64,000 nt of DNA from assembly GCA_045588165.1 (NCBI GenBank), contig JAZNDP010000066.1, positions 1,614-65,613 on the forward strand. The letters are read 5' to 3'. Each line of letters opens with the position of its first letter. Within the stretch, counting starts at the first letter, position 1. Below, one piece after another: positions 62,375-64,000 of this stretch. Under the pieces are notes generated by a model that did no database searches, was not told where the DNA came from, and saw nothing but the letters and a program-made list of their open reading frames with translations. The translations under genes and the position numbers were made by a program. Origin of the DNA: Eubacteriales bacterium (GTDB lineage Bacteria > Bacillota > Clostridia > Oscillospirales > CAG-272).

Positions 62375-63192
62375 AGCTTCTGACGCTGAATACTCACAGC
62401 TTGCAAGGGGAGGATACCGAGGGAGCCCTTGACACCCTTTGCGCCGAGATCGTAAAACGGAAGCCCGATGTGATTACTCTGCAAGAGGTCAATCAAAGCA
62501 GGAGCGCCTCCCTATATCAGGGGGCGCTCCCCAAGGGATACCGATTTTGTCAGAATCGAATTCTTTTGCGGCAGGATCATTACGGAATTCGGCTTTTGGA
62601 GCGGTTGCGATCCCGAGGGATATTCTTTGAGTGGAGCTGGCTCCCCGCAAAGATCGGCTATGGCAGATACGATGAGGGGGTGCTTACCATGAGTCGATTT
62701 CCCATGGCAGAGGTACGGGCGGTTCGGATCAGTGAGGATCGTCCGTACGAGGATTGGCGTCGCCGTATGGCATTGCTGATCCGCGCAAGAGGATCGGAGG
62801 AGTGGTTTGTCAATCTTCACATGAGCTGGTGGAGGGACGGAGAGGAGCCCTTCCTTGTTCAGTGGCAACGGCTTCTTGCTGAGCTCCCGAGAAACGGTAG
62901 AATCTGGCTGATGGGAGACTTGAATAACAGCGCCCACGTACGGGGAGAGGGATATGATCGGATTGTCGCGGATGGCTTTACCGATTGCTTTTGTTGCGCG
63001 GAATATCGGGATGGCGAGGAGACGGTAGTGGGTGCTATCGACGGGTGGGAAGGCATGTCGGAACAGAGGATTCGCATCGATCACATCTTTTGCAGTCGTC
63101 CGCCCAAGGTCCTGAGCTATCAAACCCTATTTGACGGGAGACACTCTCCCACCGTCTCCGACCATTTCGGCGTATGGGTGGAGACCGAGTAA
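62371..63192 (+). CDS. Endonuclease/exonuclease/phosphatase-family protein, MapP-like (putative maltose-6'-phosphate phosphatase)
   Basis: MKLLTLNTHSL...VITLQEVNQ...NLHMSWW...GDLN...DHIF EEP motifs. ATGA-coupled to the PTS gene and followed by malQ. The function is inferred from E. faecalis malT-mapP synteny. Confidence 0.6.
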   Translation: MKLLTLNTHSLQGEDTEGALDTLCAEIVKRKPDVITLQEVNQSRSASLYQGALPKGYRFCQNRILLRQDHYGIRLLERLRSRGIFFEWSWLPAKIGYGRYDEGVLTMSRFPMAEVRAVRISEDRPYEDWRRRMALLIRARGSEEWFVNLHMSWWRDGEEPFLVQWQRLLAELPRNGRIWLMGDLNNSAHVRGEGYDRIVADGFTDCFCCAEYRDGEETVVGAIDGWEGMSEQRIRIDHIFCSRPPKVLSYQTLFDGRHSPTVSDHFGVWVETE

Positions 63193-63211
63193 GATCAAAG
63201 AGAGAGAGGTA

Positions 63212-64000
63212 ATGATTTTGAATCGAGTTGCAGGAATTTTACTTCCCGTTACGGCTCTGCCGTCCTCCTTCGGCGTCGGTTGCTTTTCAGAGGAAGCATA
63301 CGGATTTGTGGATTGGCTGAAAAAGGCGGGGCAGAGGATCTGGCAGATCCTTCCTTTGGGTCCTACCGGATACGGGGATTCGCCCTATCAATCCTTTTCC
63401 TCTTACGCGGGGAACCCTTATCTGATCAGTCTTGAGGTTCTATGTCAAAAAGGTCTGTTGACCGCGGAGGAGTGTGAGAGGGGCGTGGCGGAGATTGCCA
63501 CCGATCTGGTCGATTACGGTGCGCTGTATCGAACGCGGTATCCTCTTTTGCGCCTTGCCTTTGAGCGTAGCCGAGGGAGGAGAGATTCGGAACGGGCATC
63601 CATGGAGGCTCGTCTTTCTGCCTGGCTTGAGGAATATGCTCTGTTTATGGCGATCAAAAATCATCTGGGCGGAATTCCTCTTTCTCGGTGGCCCGAGGAG
63701 CTTCGTATGCGGAATCCGTCGGCTCTGGATAGCTGTCGGAGAGAGCTTGCGGAGGAGATTGAGTTTCAAAAATTTATGCAAACGGAATTTTTTCTGGAGT
63801 GGGGGCGGCTAAAGGAATACGCGAGCGGGAAGGGGATCCGCATCATGGGAGACCTTCCCATCTACGTATCGGCGGACAGCGCCGACGTCTGGCAAAACCC
63901 CGAGCTTTTTTTGCTGGACGAGGACGGGATCCCCACGGCGGTGGCGGGCTGTCCTCCCGACGGATTTACTCCGGAAGGACAGCTTTGGGGAAATCCGCTG
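63212..64000 (+). CDS. malQ: 4-alpha-glucanotransferase (amylomaltase), N-terminal part; runs off right edge
   Basis: Own translation: MILNRVAGILLPVTALPSSFGVGCF...WQILPLGPTGYGDSPYQSFSSYAGNPYLISL...IMGDLPIYVSADSADVW...GQLWGNPL, which are GH77 hallmark blocks. Confidence 0.9.
   Translation, partial: MILNRVAGILLPVTALPSSFGVGCFSEEAYGFVDWLKKAGQRIWQILPLGPTGYGDSPYQSFSSYAGNPYLISLEVLCQKGLLTAEECERGVAEIATDLVDYGALYRTRYPLLRLAFERSRGRRDSERASMEARLSAWLEEYALFMAIKNHLGGIPLSRWPEELRMRNPSALDSCRRELAEEIEFQKFMQTEFFLEWGRLKEYASGKGIRIMGDLPIYVSADSADVWQNPELFLLDEDGIPTAVAGCPPDGFTPEGQLWGNPL

Overview
This 64-kb window is a Firmicutes/Clostridia-type chromosome segment. Coding DNA is GC-rich and intergenic DNA is AT-rich by eye; the Oscillospiraceae-like lineage is only a guess. 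It is almost entirely housekeeping DNA. I saw no transposase, integrase, phage gene, CRISPR array or recognisable defence gene. The backbone (12.8-17.5 kb, extending to 6 kb) is the Bacillus-type yloC-remA-gmk-rpoZ-priA-def-fmt-rsmB-rlmN-[prkC slot]-rsgA-thiN supercluster on the minus strand. Other content: prmC (partial), mnmE, efp, one tRNA-Ser(GGA), ptsI-ptsH, a ZTP (pfl-motif) riboswitch ahead of pflB-pflA, murD, yceD-rpmF, ymdB-mrnC, proA, a DAHP synthase, ddh, and a PTS(EIIA-C-B)/MapP-like phosphatase/malQ maltose module at the right edge. About 20 intergenic regions carry near-consensus sigma-A promoters (TTGACA-17 bp-TATAAT, often with TGn extension), and many carry bidirectional hairpin terminators, so operon borders are well defined. 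Items worth follow-up: (1) an unannotated type I toxin-antitoxin-like module at 41.7-42.1 kb, with a 30-aa hydrophobic peptide, a sequestered SD and a convergent sRNA; (2) an extreme Cys/Asp-repeat zinc-ribbon protein downstream of efp that shares a 20-nt exact match with a small membrane-anchored acidic protein 17.8 kb away; (3) a kinase-less 4xPASTA protein in the prkC position, with stp and rpe absent; (4) an ABC exporter with an extra cytosolic N-terminal domain plus a DUF1854 partner; (5) a DUF1538 membrane protein with a fused tandem P-II protein; (6) a ygiQ gene with a single in-frame TAG; (7) a duplicated tRNA-Ser 3' end. None is proven here, and nothing compels a claim of a large novel multi-gene system. 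Most long ORFs in the track that lie antisense to these genes are shadow ORFs.
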